Part shown: positions 9,423-19,655 of the stretch, piece after piece
Layout of the letters: the number at the start of each line of letters is the position of its first letter
How positions within the stretch are numbered: position 1 is the first letter of the stretch
From: Candidatus Latescibacterota bacterium
GTDB lineage: Bacteria; Latescibacterota; UBA2968; UBA8231
Reading direction: 5' to 3'
Assembly: GCA_965206595.1 (NCBI GenBank)
Contig: OZ242214.1
Span: 5,824,001 to 5,888,000 of the forward strand
Length of the DNA: 64,000 nt
Translations under genes and position numbers: made by a program
Notes under the pieces: model-generated
The model's database searches: none
The model's input: the letters and a program-made list of their open reading frames with translations, nothing else
Told to the model about the DNA's origin: nothing

Positions 9423-10385
9423 TCAGAACTTCAGGACCACCTTGACCGCCTCTTCTTCCTCGGGGCGGAGGAAGGCGGTCTCGAACCCCTGCTGGATCTG
9501 CTCGAACGGGAGCAGGTGCGTCAGGATCGGGGTGACGTCGAGGCGCCCCTCGGTGATCCACTGGAGCGCGACGGTGTAGTCCAGCCCCGGGTTGGGCCCC
9601 ACCGAGGCGATGAGTCGGGTCTCGTTGACGAACCAGCTGCGGAACTCGAGCGGTATGACCCCCTCGTGGTTGTCCTTGTCAGGGACCCCGAAGCTGACCA
9701 GGGTGCCGCCGCGCTTCAGCAGGCCGGCGGCGAGGTTGAGGGTCTCGGCCGCACCCACCGCTTCGACGGCGCAGTCCGCCATCTCGGCGCCCGTCAGCTC
9801 GGTTACCGCGGCGCGCACGTCCTCGGCCGCGGGGTCGATCACATGGGTCGCCCCCATCCTTTCTGCTACCCGCAGCCGGTGGCGGTTGGGGTCGATGGCG
9901 ACGATGCGGCGGGCTCCGAGATTGCGCAGGCAGGCGTTGAACAGCTGCCCCACCGGGCCCTGACCGATGACGGCCACGTCCTTGTTTATGAGATTGCCCA
10001 GCTTGTAGAAACAGTGGATGACGGTGCCGAGAAGCTGGCTCATCAGGATGACTTCCAGCTTGCCGCCTGCCGGCAGCCGCACCACCCCTTCATCCCGGGC
10101 GAGCACGTACTCCTGAAACAGGCCGCGGTCGAAATGGGAGAGCAGCACCCGCACCCCCTCGGCGTAGCGCCCGGAGGGGCAGGCTTCGACGATCCCCATG
10201 CCCTCGTGCCCGGTATCGCCCGGCTCCAGCGGGTAGGAGGGGTGCCCGCCCCAGAAGGACGGCCTGTCGGTTCCGCAGATGGCGACCCGCTCCAGACGGA
10301 CCAGCATGTTGCCGTTCGCTGCCTCGGGCCTTTCGACCTCGATCAGCTTCCAGGTGCGTGGTTGCACCAGTTGTGCCGCGCGCAA
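9423..10385 (-). CDS. Zinc-binding MDR family dehydrogenase
   Basis: ICGTD, GHEGMG, GQGPVG nucleotide-binding motif; TTG start with GGAG RBS. Confidence 0.88.
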   Translation of the reverse strand: MRAAQLVQPRTWKLIEVERPEAANGNMLVRLERVAICGTDRPSFWGGHPSYPLEPGDTGHEGMGIVEACPSGRYAEGVRVLLSHFDRGLFQEYVLARDEGVVRLPAGGKLEVILMSQLLGTVIHCFYKLGNLINKDVAVIGQGPVGQLFNACLRNLGARRIVAIDPNRHRLRVAERMGATHVIDPAAEDVRAAVTELTGAEMADCAVEAVGAAETLNLAAGLLKRGGTLVSFGVPDKDNHEGVIPLEFRSWFVNETRLIASVGPNPGLDYTVALQWITEGRLDVTPILTHLLPFEQIQQGFETAFLRPEEEEAVKVVLKF

Positions 10386-10569
10386 TGATGCTCCGTTCGA
10401 CGATCAGGTTTCTGAAAAGGGGAAATCTCTAACTTCGGCGGACCTTGTAGCGGGTCAAGTTGCGGCGGTGCATCGATTTTTGACGATCCCCTTCCCGGCG
10501 CTACATTCACGCGGCGACACGGCCGCTGCATCGGAATGCAGCACCCATTCCCGCATCCTCGAGAACCGC

Positions 10570-11133
10570 ATGGTCACCATATCGGAAACCGCCCGGCAGA
10601 AGATCGTCGAGCTGATGGAGAAGAGCGAAAATCCCGTCAAGGGGCTGCGTATCGCCGCCAAGGCCGTGTCCCCCCTGAAGGTCGATTTCCGCATGGCCTT
10701 TCTCGGCGAGGAGTACGAGGGCGGCGAAGAGGTGATACCCTTCGACGGCTTCGATCTCTACGTCGACGACGAGAGCCGCCCCCTCGTGCAGGAAGCGGCG
10801 ATAGATTACGTCGACGGCCTGATGGGCAGCGGCTTCAAGATCGACACGCCAACGAAAAAGCCGGAACTGTCCGGTCCGCTGGCCGACAAGGTCCAGACCG
10901 TGATCGAGCAGCAGATCAACCCCGCGGTGGCCTCGCACGGGGGCTTCGTCTCCCTGATCGACGTCAAGGACAAGGTCGTCTACCTCGAGATGGGCGGCGG
11001 CTGCCAGGGCTGCGGCATGGCCAACGTCACCTTGCGGCAGGGGATCGAGGTGATGATCAAGAAAGCGGTTCCCGAGGTGGAGGAGATCCGCGACGTCACC
11101 GAGCACGCCGGCGGCGAGAACCCCTTTTATTAG
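10570..11133 (+). CDS. nfuA: Fe-S cluster carrier NfuA (degenerate A-type domain + NifU-like domain)
   Basis: N-terminal ITISETA..IDYVDGLMGSGFKI domain without Cys; C-terminal INPAVASHGG, GGGCQGCG, DVTEHAGGENPFY. Confidence 0.88.
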   Translation: MVTISETARQKIVELMEKSENPVKGLRIAAKAVSPLKVDFRMAFLGEEYEGGEEVIPFDGFDLYVDDESRPLVQEAAIDYVDGLMGSGFKIDTPTKKPELSGPLADKVQTVIEQQINPAVASHGGFVSLIDVKDKVVYLEMGGGCQGCGMANVTLRQGIEVMIKKAVPEVEEIRDVTEHAGGENPFY

Positions 11134-11286
11134 ACCCTTTCCCGGTGCTCCCCGACTCGAGCTCGCTTGCGCCGGGAAGCACTCCTCGCGGCATGAGTCC
11201 GCGACCCTGAAATCACTTCAGGCAGTCCTCCTTACCGAACCTTGGTAGCGAGCGGAGGCCGGCCTCCAACCCGAAGGAGATGCCTC

Positions 11287-11661
11287 ATGCGACAAGCGGT
11301 GCTGTTGGCGCTCGCGGTACTGGTAGCAGTGGGATGCGGTGTAAGCGATCAGGACAAGAAGGCCCTCGCCCGCGAGGTTCGCGACCTGATCCGCAGCATC
11401 GATGCGGAGACGCGGGGATTCGGCTCGGAACAGCAAGTGGTAGAGCGATTCCTCGAGCGGCGAGTAAAGGAATTCGACGAACTGAAGGCCTCCCTGGAGA
11501 AAACCCTGGGCGGCGACAAGGCGGAGAACTTCGACCGCTTCTACCTGCAGGGGCTGCTCGACGAGCTCGAGAAAAAGGGGGACGATCTCGGCTTCGAGCA
11601 GGCCAAACGCGCGACCCTCAAACGCCTCGATCAGCTCAGGAGCCGCGTCGAGAAGCTGTGA
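11287..11661 (+). CDS. Hypothetical helical lipoprotein
   Basis: AAGGAG RBS, MRQAVLLALAVLVAVGC lipobox, charged helical remainder. Confidence 0.7.
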   Translation: MRQAVLLALAVLVAVGCGVSDQDKKALAREVRDLIRSIDAETRGFGSEQQVVERFLERRVKEFDELKASLEKTLGGDKAENFDRFYLQGLLDELEKKGDDLGFEQAKRATLKRLDQLRSRVEKL

Positions 11662-11764
11662 GGCACCGGCTCCGCCCGTCTTGGGGCCCGGGGGCAATAG
11701 TTCCGCCGGGTCTCCGCAGGCGCCGGTCCGTTTCGACCCTCCGCACCTTCCGCTCGATTCGCGA

Positions 11765-12985
11765 ATGCTGACTCCCGAAGAGGCGCAACAGATCGTCCTG
11801 GGGCACGTCCGCCCGCTCGGGATCGAGCGCGTCCCCCTGCTCGATGCGCTCGGCCGCCTCCTCGCCGCCGACGTCCACGCGACCTACGACAGTCCCCCTC
11901 TCGACAACTCGGCCATGGACGGGTACGCCGTCCGCCACGAGGACGTGAAGGATGCGTCGGCAGAGGCCCCGGCCGTACTCGAGGTGATCGAGGACATACC
12001 GGCCGGCCGCATCGGCCGCAAGACGGTGGCCCCAGGCCAGACGAGCCGCATCATGACCGGCGCCCCCGTTCCCGCCGGCGCCGACACCGTCATCCGCGTC
12101 GAGGACACGCGCGCCGCGGGCAGCCGCGTCGAAATCCTGGAAGGAGACGATCTCGGGGCCAACATCCGCCGCCGCGGCGAGGACATGAAGCTGGGGGAGA
12201 AGCTGATCGCGGCGGGGACCGAGCTGGGGCCGGGGGAGCTGGGGGTGCTCGCCACCGTGCAGCGGACCTTCGTGCCCGTTCACCGACGCCCGCGGCTCGC
12301 CGTCCTCTCGACAGGAGACGAGCTCGTCGAGATCGACGAGCCCCTCGAGCCGGGCAAGATCGTCAACAGCAACACCGCCACCCTGGCGGCCATGGCCCGC
12401 GCCCACGGGGCCGAACCGGTGATGCTGCCGGTCGCGCCGGACGACGAGAACCGCATCCGGGAAGCGATCGAGACCGCCCTCGGCAGCGATTTCATCCTCT
12501 CTTCCGGGGGGGTGTCGGTCGGGGAGTACGACTTCGTCAAGAAGGTGCTGACCGATATGGGGGCCGAGGAGATCCTGTGGCGGGTGGCGATGAAGCCGGG
12601 AAAGCCGCTCTACTTCTGCCTGCTCAAAGGCAGGCCGTATTTCGGTCTTCCCGGAAACCCGGTTTCCGGCTGCATGTCCTTCCTGCAGTTCGTGCGCCCG
12701 GCAGTGCGCAAGGCTTCCGGGTACCCCCCGGAACAGCAGCTGCTGCCGACGGCGACCGCGCGCATGGAGAACGGCGAGGAGAACGACGGCGACCGCCGCC
12801 AGTACCTGCGCGCGCAGCTCAATTGGGAGAACGGCCTGCTCGGGGCGCGCACCGGCCACCGCGGCCAGGGCTCCCACATCCTCACCAGCATGCTCGGGGC
12901 CAACGGCGTCGTCGTTCTCGAGCCGGGCCAGAGGGTCACCGCCGGCGACGAGGTGACGGTCCAGGTCATCGGCAAGCTGTTGTAG
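11765..12985 (+). CDS. moeA: Molybdopterin molybdotransferase MoeA
   Basis: NSAMDGYAV, IMTGAPVP, STGDEL, SSGGVSVG, MKPGKP, FGLPGNPVS. Confidence 0.95.
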   Translation: MLTPEEAQQIVLGHVRPLGIERVPLLDALGRLLAADVHATYDSPPLDNSAMDGYAVRHEDVKDASAEAPAVLEVIEDIPAGRIGRKTVAPGQTSRIMTGAPVPAGADTVIRVEDTRAAGSRVEILEGDDLGANIRRRGEDMKLGEKLIAAGTELGPGELGVLATVQRTFVPVHRRPRLAVLSTGDELVEIDEPLEPGKIVNSNTATLAAMARAHGAEPVMLPVAPDDENRIREAIETALGSDFILSSGGVSVGEYDFVKKVLTDMGAEEILWRVAMKPGKPLYFCLLKGRPYFGLPGNPVSGCMSFLQFVRPAVRKASGYPPEQQLLPTATARMENGEENDGDRRQYLRAQLNWENGLLGARTGHRGQGSHILTSMLGANGVVVLEPGQRVTAGDEVTVQVIGKLL

Positions 12986-13111
12986 CGCCCTGCTTCGAAC
13001 CGCTCAAGCCGGCAGTTTCTGCGTTCACCAATCCCCTTCACGTTGCAGTCGGGCAACGAGTACGATTGTCCTGACCGTGAGAAGAGGAGACTTCTGACCA
13101 GGCCGGACAGC

Positions 13112-14107
13112 TCAGTCCTTGTCGTTTGGTAGGGAATTCCCGTTACGAAGGTCTATTTCCAGGGAGGCCTTGATGCGTGCCCAGGAAGTGGATTGCACGG
13201 CAGAGTCGCCGAAATCCTCGTCGAGGCCGAGCAGCAGACCATCGACGAATATATCGGCGCGATCGAGATCCGCATCATCTCCGCGGTTTATCAGCTCGTA
13301 ATAAGCAGCCGGGCCAACGACGGGTTCGACGTCATAGTCACTGACACCCAAATTGAACCCGATTGTTTTTCCCGCGGCCAGTTCGGATACCACACTGTTT
13401 TCGGGATTCAGGTGATCCAGAAGATCGAAGCAGGTGACGTAGAATTCGGTCACCCAGATGGTGGGGTTCTCGCTGAACACGCCCCCTCCACCCCGGGCGA
13501 AGGGGGGCTGCACCATCCAGTCCACCGCGATCTCACCGAAAGTGAGCGCGCCAACTGATGTATAAAACAAAACGACCCTCGGACCCCCGCTAGGGGCGAT
13601 AGCAATACTCTCGTAATGCTGGGCTTGCCTGTTCGTCTGTACAGCCTCCTCGAGCTCGTGCGTCTGGCCCCAGTAATACTTCCCCCCGGTGTGATCACCG
13701 TCCACCATGAGAATCACGCTGTCATGGAAACTGGGTAAAAAGTAGGGGTCATTCAGAGGATCGTATTCGTTCACGTACACATCGTCCACGAACTGTCCGG
13801 CGACATGGATTCTGCCGTCCGGACTCCATCCCAGCCAGATGCGGAAATCGAGGCTGGCTGGATCGTGCTGGTCGTAGGAAATGTCAAATCCCGACAACAG
13901 GTTGAAGTCCAGGGGGGTCAGCGTCGGTTCACCCAGGGCGTCCACCCAGTCTTCCACGACTCCGTCGTCCTGATCGAGAAGGGCGAGGGTCTCTTCCGAT
14001 AAATAGCGGATCGGAAACACCCGGTCGCCGTTGTGGGCGGCTACCGGGGCAAGACCAGCCGACACAACTGCCAGCGTCAGAAGAAATAAGGGACCGCGGT
14101 ATACCAT
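13112..14107 (-). CDS. Secreted CBM9/DOMON-like protein, paralog A, with C-terminal SWARIK motif
   Basis: Signal peptide MVYRGPLFLLTLAVVSAGLAPVAA; WLGWS..IHVAGQFVDD, DSVILMVDGDHTGG and TIGFNLGVSDYD resemble CBM9-like domains; ends SAVQSTSWARIKAS. Confidence 0.7.
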   Translation of the reverse strand: MVYRGPLFLLTLAVVSAGLAPVAAHNGDRVFPIRYLSEETLALLDQDDGVVEDWVDALGEPTLTPLDFNLLSGFDISYDQHDPASLDFRIWLGWSPDGRIHVAGQFVDDVYVNEYDPLNDPYFLPSFHDSVILMVDGDHTGGKYYWGQTHELEEAVQTNRQAQHYESIAIAPSGGPRVVLFYTSVGALTFGEIAVDWMVQPPFARGGGGVFSENPTIWVTEFYVTCFDLLDHLNPENSVVSELAAGKTIGFNLGVSDYDVEPVVGPAAYYELINRGDDADLDRADIFVDGLLLGLDEDFGDSAVQSTSWARIKASLEIDLRNGNSLPNDKD

Positions 14108-14115
14108 GATGTCCT
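13796..14115. repeat. Direct repeat copy 1 (5' part of paralog A); copy 2 at 15935..16254
   Basis: About 12 mismatches over ~320 bp by eye, only 2 within 13801-13980. Confidence 0.9.
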
Positions 14116-14352
14116 CAAAAGTGATTCTGGACTGCGGCAATGCTAAAGAAACGGAGGCCCTGCAACTTCCTTCATCTGCGTGGGTGCTATGGCGGAGCGG
14201 CCGCCATGACACGGCGGAACGGTTCAGTCGTTTTCGGGAATTAAATGTTGGTTTCGAAAGTCTGTTTCCAGGGAGGCCTTTATGCGGGCCCAGGAAGTGG
14301 ATTGAACCGCAGAGTTGGCGAAATCATCGTCGGGGCCGAGCAGCAGACCATC
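14101..14352. repeat. Direct repeat (intergenic spacer + gene 3' end); second copy at 15138..15389, period 1037 bp
   Basis: Colinear, roughly 90% identical by eye, including the non-coding spacer. Confidence 0.9.
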
Positions 14353-15144
14353 AGTAAAGTTGTCGGCACCCTTCCCCCAAATTCCGAGATTTTCGTCAAC
14401 AAGCCTGTAAGAAGCATATCGACTCGAGTTGGGGTCGTCACGATCAACGACCCCAATGTCTAACCCAATGATCCTGCCCGGGTCAAACTGAGATACGACC
14501 CCTCCCTCGGGGCTCAGATGATTCATGCGGTCAAAACAGGTCACGAAGAACTCGACCACCCAGTTGGTGGGATTCTCGCCAAAAACGCTCCCTCCAACTG
14601 AGGCGAAGGGTGGCTGCGTTATCCACTCAACATTGGCATCTTCCTCATAGGCATGGAATAATTGAATTAATGGTAGCCCGCTAGGTGCGCGGGAGATTGC
14701 GCGGTAATTTTGGGCTTGCATGGGACTAGGACCAGAGAGGTATTCACCCCCGGTATGGTCTCCGTCGACCCGTAAAGTGATGCTGTCTACGTTGCCGTGT
14801 TCGGTCTCGTATACGTCGTCGGCGAACTGGCCAGCGAAATGGATTCTGCCGTCGCTGCTCCATCCCACCCAGATACGAAAATTGAGGTTGGATGGATCGA
14901 ATTGGCCGTACGAGGTGTTTGTCCGCTCCGAGCCCAGTGTGAAATCCAGGGGCGTCAGCGTCGGTTCACCGACTACATCAACCCAGTCTTCCACATGGGC
15001 GTCGTTCCGATCGAGGAGAGCAAGGGTTTCCTCGGAGAGATACACGATCGGAAACAGACGGTCTCCTTGATGAGCGGCAAGGGGTCCGGCCGGAGCCGAA
15101 ATCACTACAAGCGTCAAAAGAAACAAGGAACCGCGGTATGCCAT
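14224..15144 (-). CDS. Secreted CBM9/DOMON-like protein, paralog B
   Basis: Same architecture as paralog A (signal peptide, VDGDHTGG, IIGLDIGVVDRD, SAVQSTSWARIKAS). Confidence 0.7.
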   Translation of the reverse strand: MAYRGSLFLLTLVVISAPAGPLAAHQGDRLFPIVYLSEETLALLDRNDAHVEDWVDVVGEPTLTPLDFTLGSERTNTSYGQFDPSNLNFRIWVGWSSDGRIHFAGQFADDVYETEHGNVDSITLRVDGDHTGGEYLSGPSPMQAQNYRAISRAPSGLPLIQLFHAYEEDANVEWITQPPFASVGGSVFGENPTNWVVEFFVTCFDRMNHLSPEGGVVSQFDPGRIIGLDIGVVDRDDPNSSRYASYRLVDENLGIWGKGADNFTDGLLLGPDDDFANSAVQSTSWARIKASLETDFRNQHLIPEND

Positions 15145-15260
15145 GATGCCCTCAAAAGCGATTCCGGACTGCGGTAATACAAAAGAAACGGAGGCCCTGC
15201 AACTTCCTTCATCTGCGTTGGTGCTATGGCGGAGCGGCCGCAATGACCCGGCGGAACGGT

Positions 15261-16246
15261 TCAGTCGTTTTCGGGGATTAAATGTTGGTTGCGAAAGTCT
15301 ATTTCCAGGGATGCCTTTATGCGGGCCCAGGAAGTGGACTGCACCGCAGAGTCGCCGAAATCATCGTCGGGGCCGAGCAGCAAACCATCCACCATATAAT
15401 CGGCGCCTACCGCGTCTTCCTCGGCATCTTCCGGATCTCCCAGCCAGTACAACGCACGTGGCCCCCCCGGTTCGGCGTCGTAGTCCCGGACATACAGATC
15501 GAACCCGATGATTTTTCCTTCGGCCAACCGGGAAACCACACTTTCCTCCGGGTTCAGGTGATCCAGCCGGTCGAAGCAGGTGACGTAGATTTCGGTCACC
15601 CAGATGGTGGGGTTTTCCCCGAACACGCCTCCTCCTCCCCGGGCGAATGGGGGGTGCACCATCCAGTCGACCGGCTGATCGATCTCATCGAAACCATCTG
15701 TACCATCCGTAGTTCCAAGCAAACTGATCGTCGGACCGCCGCTGGGGGCGATGGCAATATTTCCGTAATTCTGGGCTTGCCTGTTCGTCTTCAAAGCCTC
15801 CTCGAGCTCACCGTGCGAGGCTATCCATGAAAACTGACCACCGGTATGATCTCCATCGACCAGAAGTGCCATGCCGTCATGGACCCATGGAAACGAGTAG
15901 AGGCCCCCCAGAGGGTCGTATTCGTTCACGTACATCCGGCGACGTGGATTCTGCCGTCCGGACTCCATCCCAGCCAGATGCGGAAATCGAGGCTGGCTGG
16001 ATCGTGCTGGTCGTAGGAAATGTCAAATCCCGACCACAGGTTGAAGTCCAGGGGGGTCAGCGTCGGTTCACCCAGGGCGTCCACCCAGTCTTCCACGACT
16101 CCGTCGTCCTGATCGAGAAGGGCCAGGGTCTCTTCGGATAAATAGCTGATCGGAAACGCCCGATCGCCGTTGTGGGCGGCTGCCGGGGCAAGACCTGCCG
16201 ACACCACTGCCAGCGTCAGAAGAAATAAGGAACCGCGGTATGCCAT
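15261..16246 (-). pseudogene. Secreted CBM9/DOMON-like protein, paralog C, frameshifted
   Basis: Split into ORFs 15926..16246 and 15261..15968; alignment to paralog A shows a 16-nt deletion at ~15934/15935 (paralog A nt 13780-13795 missing). Confidence 0.8.
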
Positions 16247-16536
16247 GATGTCCTCCAGCGCTCAATTCCGGTTCGAAGCAAAGGACGCGAAGCGCAGCTG
16301 TCGTTGCCCGTCGTATGCGGGTGCAGCATGCAGTTACAGAGAGGGCAGGTCAAGCAGCATCCGGGGTTCTGGCAACGGACCGGGAAGTGTCCCTGAATTC
16401 GGGAGCGGGAACTTGGCGGCACCCGCTTTCTAGATACCCCTTGCCCCTGTTAGCCCCGCAGAAGGCCGGCGTCGGGCCAGTCCGCCCGGCTGATTCGGCC
16501 CGCAACCTCGCGGCCTGGACGGGTGCGCGTTCCGTT

Positions 16537-16566
16537 TTGCCAACCTGACCTGCCTGCGGATATTAT
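16537..16566 (+). promoter_or_regulatory. Putative sigma70-type promoter of acs
   Basis: TTGCCA-N18-TATTAT about 30 nt upstream of the acs start, which has an AGGAG RBS. Confidence 0.45.
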
Positions 16567-16597
16567 GCCCCGCACCCAGAAGACAGGAGAGTTTTCG

Positions 16598-18565
<1,968 letters not shown>

Positions 18566-18574
18566 CGCCCCCTG

Positions 18575-19603
18575 ATGCAGCAGCAGTCCCGCGGACCGCT
18601 GGGGATCGCCGCGCTCCGGGAGGAGGAGACGCACCAGGCCTGCACCTGGGACCGCGGGGTGCGCAAGAAGCTGCCCGTCGACCGGGGCAGCACGGTCACC
18701 CTGGCCGAGGTGGCCGGCTGCGGGTACATCGCCCAGCTCTGGCTGACCTTCCCCGGCTGGTTCTGGCGCAACTGGGAGCCGCAGGCGCCGATCAGCGCGA
18801 CCATCCTGAAAACCCTGCTGCTACGCATTTACTGGGACGGGAGCGACCGTCCCGCGGTCGAGGTTCCGGTCGGCGACTTCTTCGGATGCGGCCTGTGCGA
18901 GGTGGCCAACTTCACCTCCCGCTACATCGGCATGTCGAGCGGGGGGTTCTACAGCCGCTTTCCCATGCCGTTCCGCAGCGGCTTCCGCATCGAGGTCGAG
19001 AACCGCGACGAGCATGTCGACACGCAGGTGTACGCCAACATCCTGTATCAGCTGACCGACCGGCTGCCCGGGGACCTCGCCTGGTTTCACGGCCACTTCC
19101 GCACCGGCGAGAACGCGGGGGCGGACCCGATGGTGGTTGCCGAAGCACAGGGCCGAGGTCATTTCGCCGGCTGCACCCTGTCGATGCAGGCGCGGGACCG
19201 CAACTACCTCGGCTTCCTCGAGGCTCCCGAGCAGGTCTTCATCGACGACGACTGGGAGCGGCCGCGCCTCGCCGGCACCGGGCTGGAGGATTACTTCATG
19301 GGGGGGTGGTACTTCCGGGAAGGGGTGTTCGCCGGCGACCTGCACGGCTTGCCCGTGAAGGACGCCCTAAACTCGATGACGGCGATGTACCGGATCCACG
19401 AGAGCGACGCCATCCACTTCCGGCGCCGCTTCCGCATCGAGTTCACCAATCCGTTTCCAGGGGAAGCGAGGCCGTTCCGCCATTCGTCGGCCGCCTTCCT
19501 GTACCTGGCGAACCCCCGCGGCCAGGGCAACCCGGTGCCGGATGCCGAGCGGCTGCTGTGCTGGTACCGGGTACGGGACCGCGACCACCAGAGCATCCCC
19601 TAG
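18575..19603 (+). CDS. DUF2961 / glycoside hydrolase family 172 protein
   Basis: LRIYWDG..PAVEVPVGDFFG, FPMPFR, GTGLEDYFMGGWYF, YRIHESDAIHF. Confidence 0.85.
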   Translation: MQQQSRGPLGIAALREEETHQACTWDRGVRKKLPVDRGSTVTLAEVAGCGYIAQLWLTFPGWFWRNWEPQAPISATILKTLLLRIYWDGSDRPAVEVPVGDFFGCGLCEVANFTSRYIGMSSGGFYSRFPMPFRSGFRIEVENRDEHVDTQVYANILYQLTDRLPGDLAWFHGHFRTGENAGADPMVVAEAQGRGHFAGCTLSMQARDRNYLGFLEAPEQVFIDDDWERPRLAGTGLEDYFMGGWYFREGVFAGDLHGLPVKDALNSMTAMYRIHESDAIHFRRRFRIEFTNPFPGEARPFRHSSAAFLYLANPRGQGNPVPDAERLLCWYRVRDRDHQSIP

Positions 19604-19655
19604 CAGGATTGGTCGAGGTTCCGGCGCTCGCCTGAGGCGGGGGCCTCTTCCCGTC

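Noticed and set aside
13112-16246. Diversity-generating retroelement as the cause of paralog variation
   Set aside because: Differences include indels and all base types rather than adenine-only changes; no reverse transcriptase or template repeat in the window
13796-16254. CRISPR array or IS copies
   Set aside because: Repeats are 250-320 bp pieces of paralogous genes and spacers; no short repeat-spacer periodicity, terminal inverted repeats or transposase
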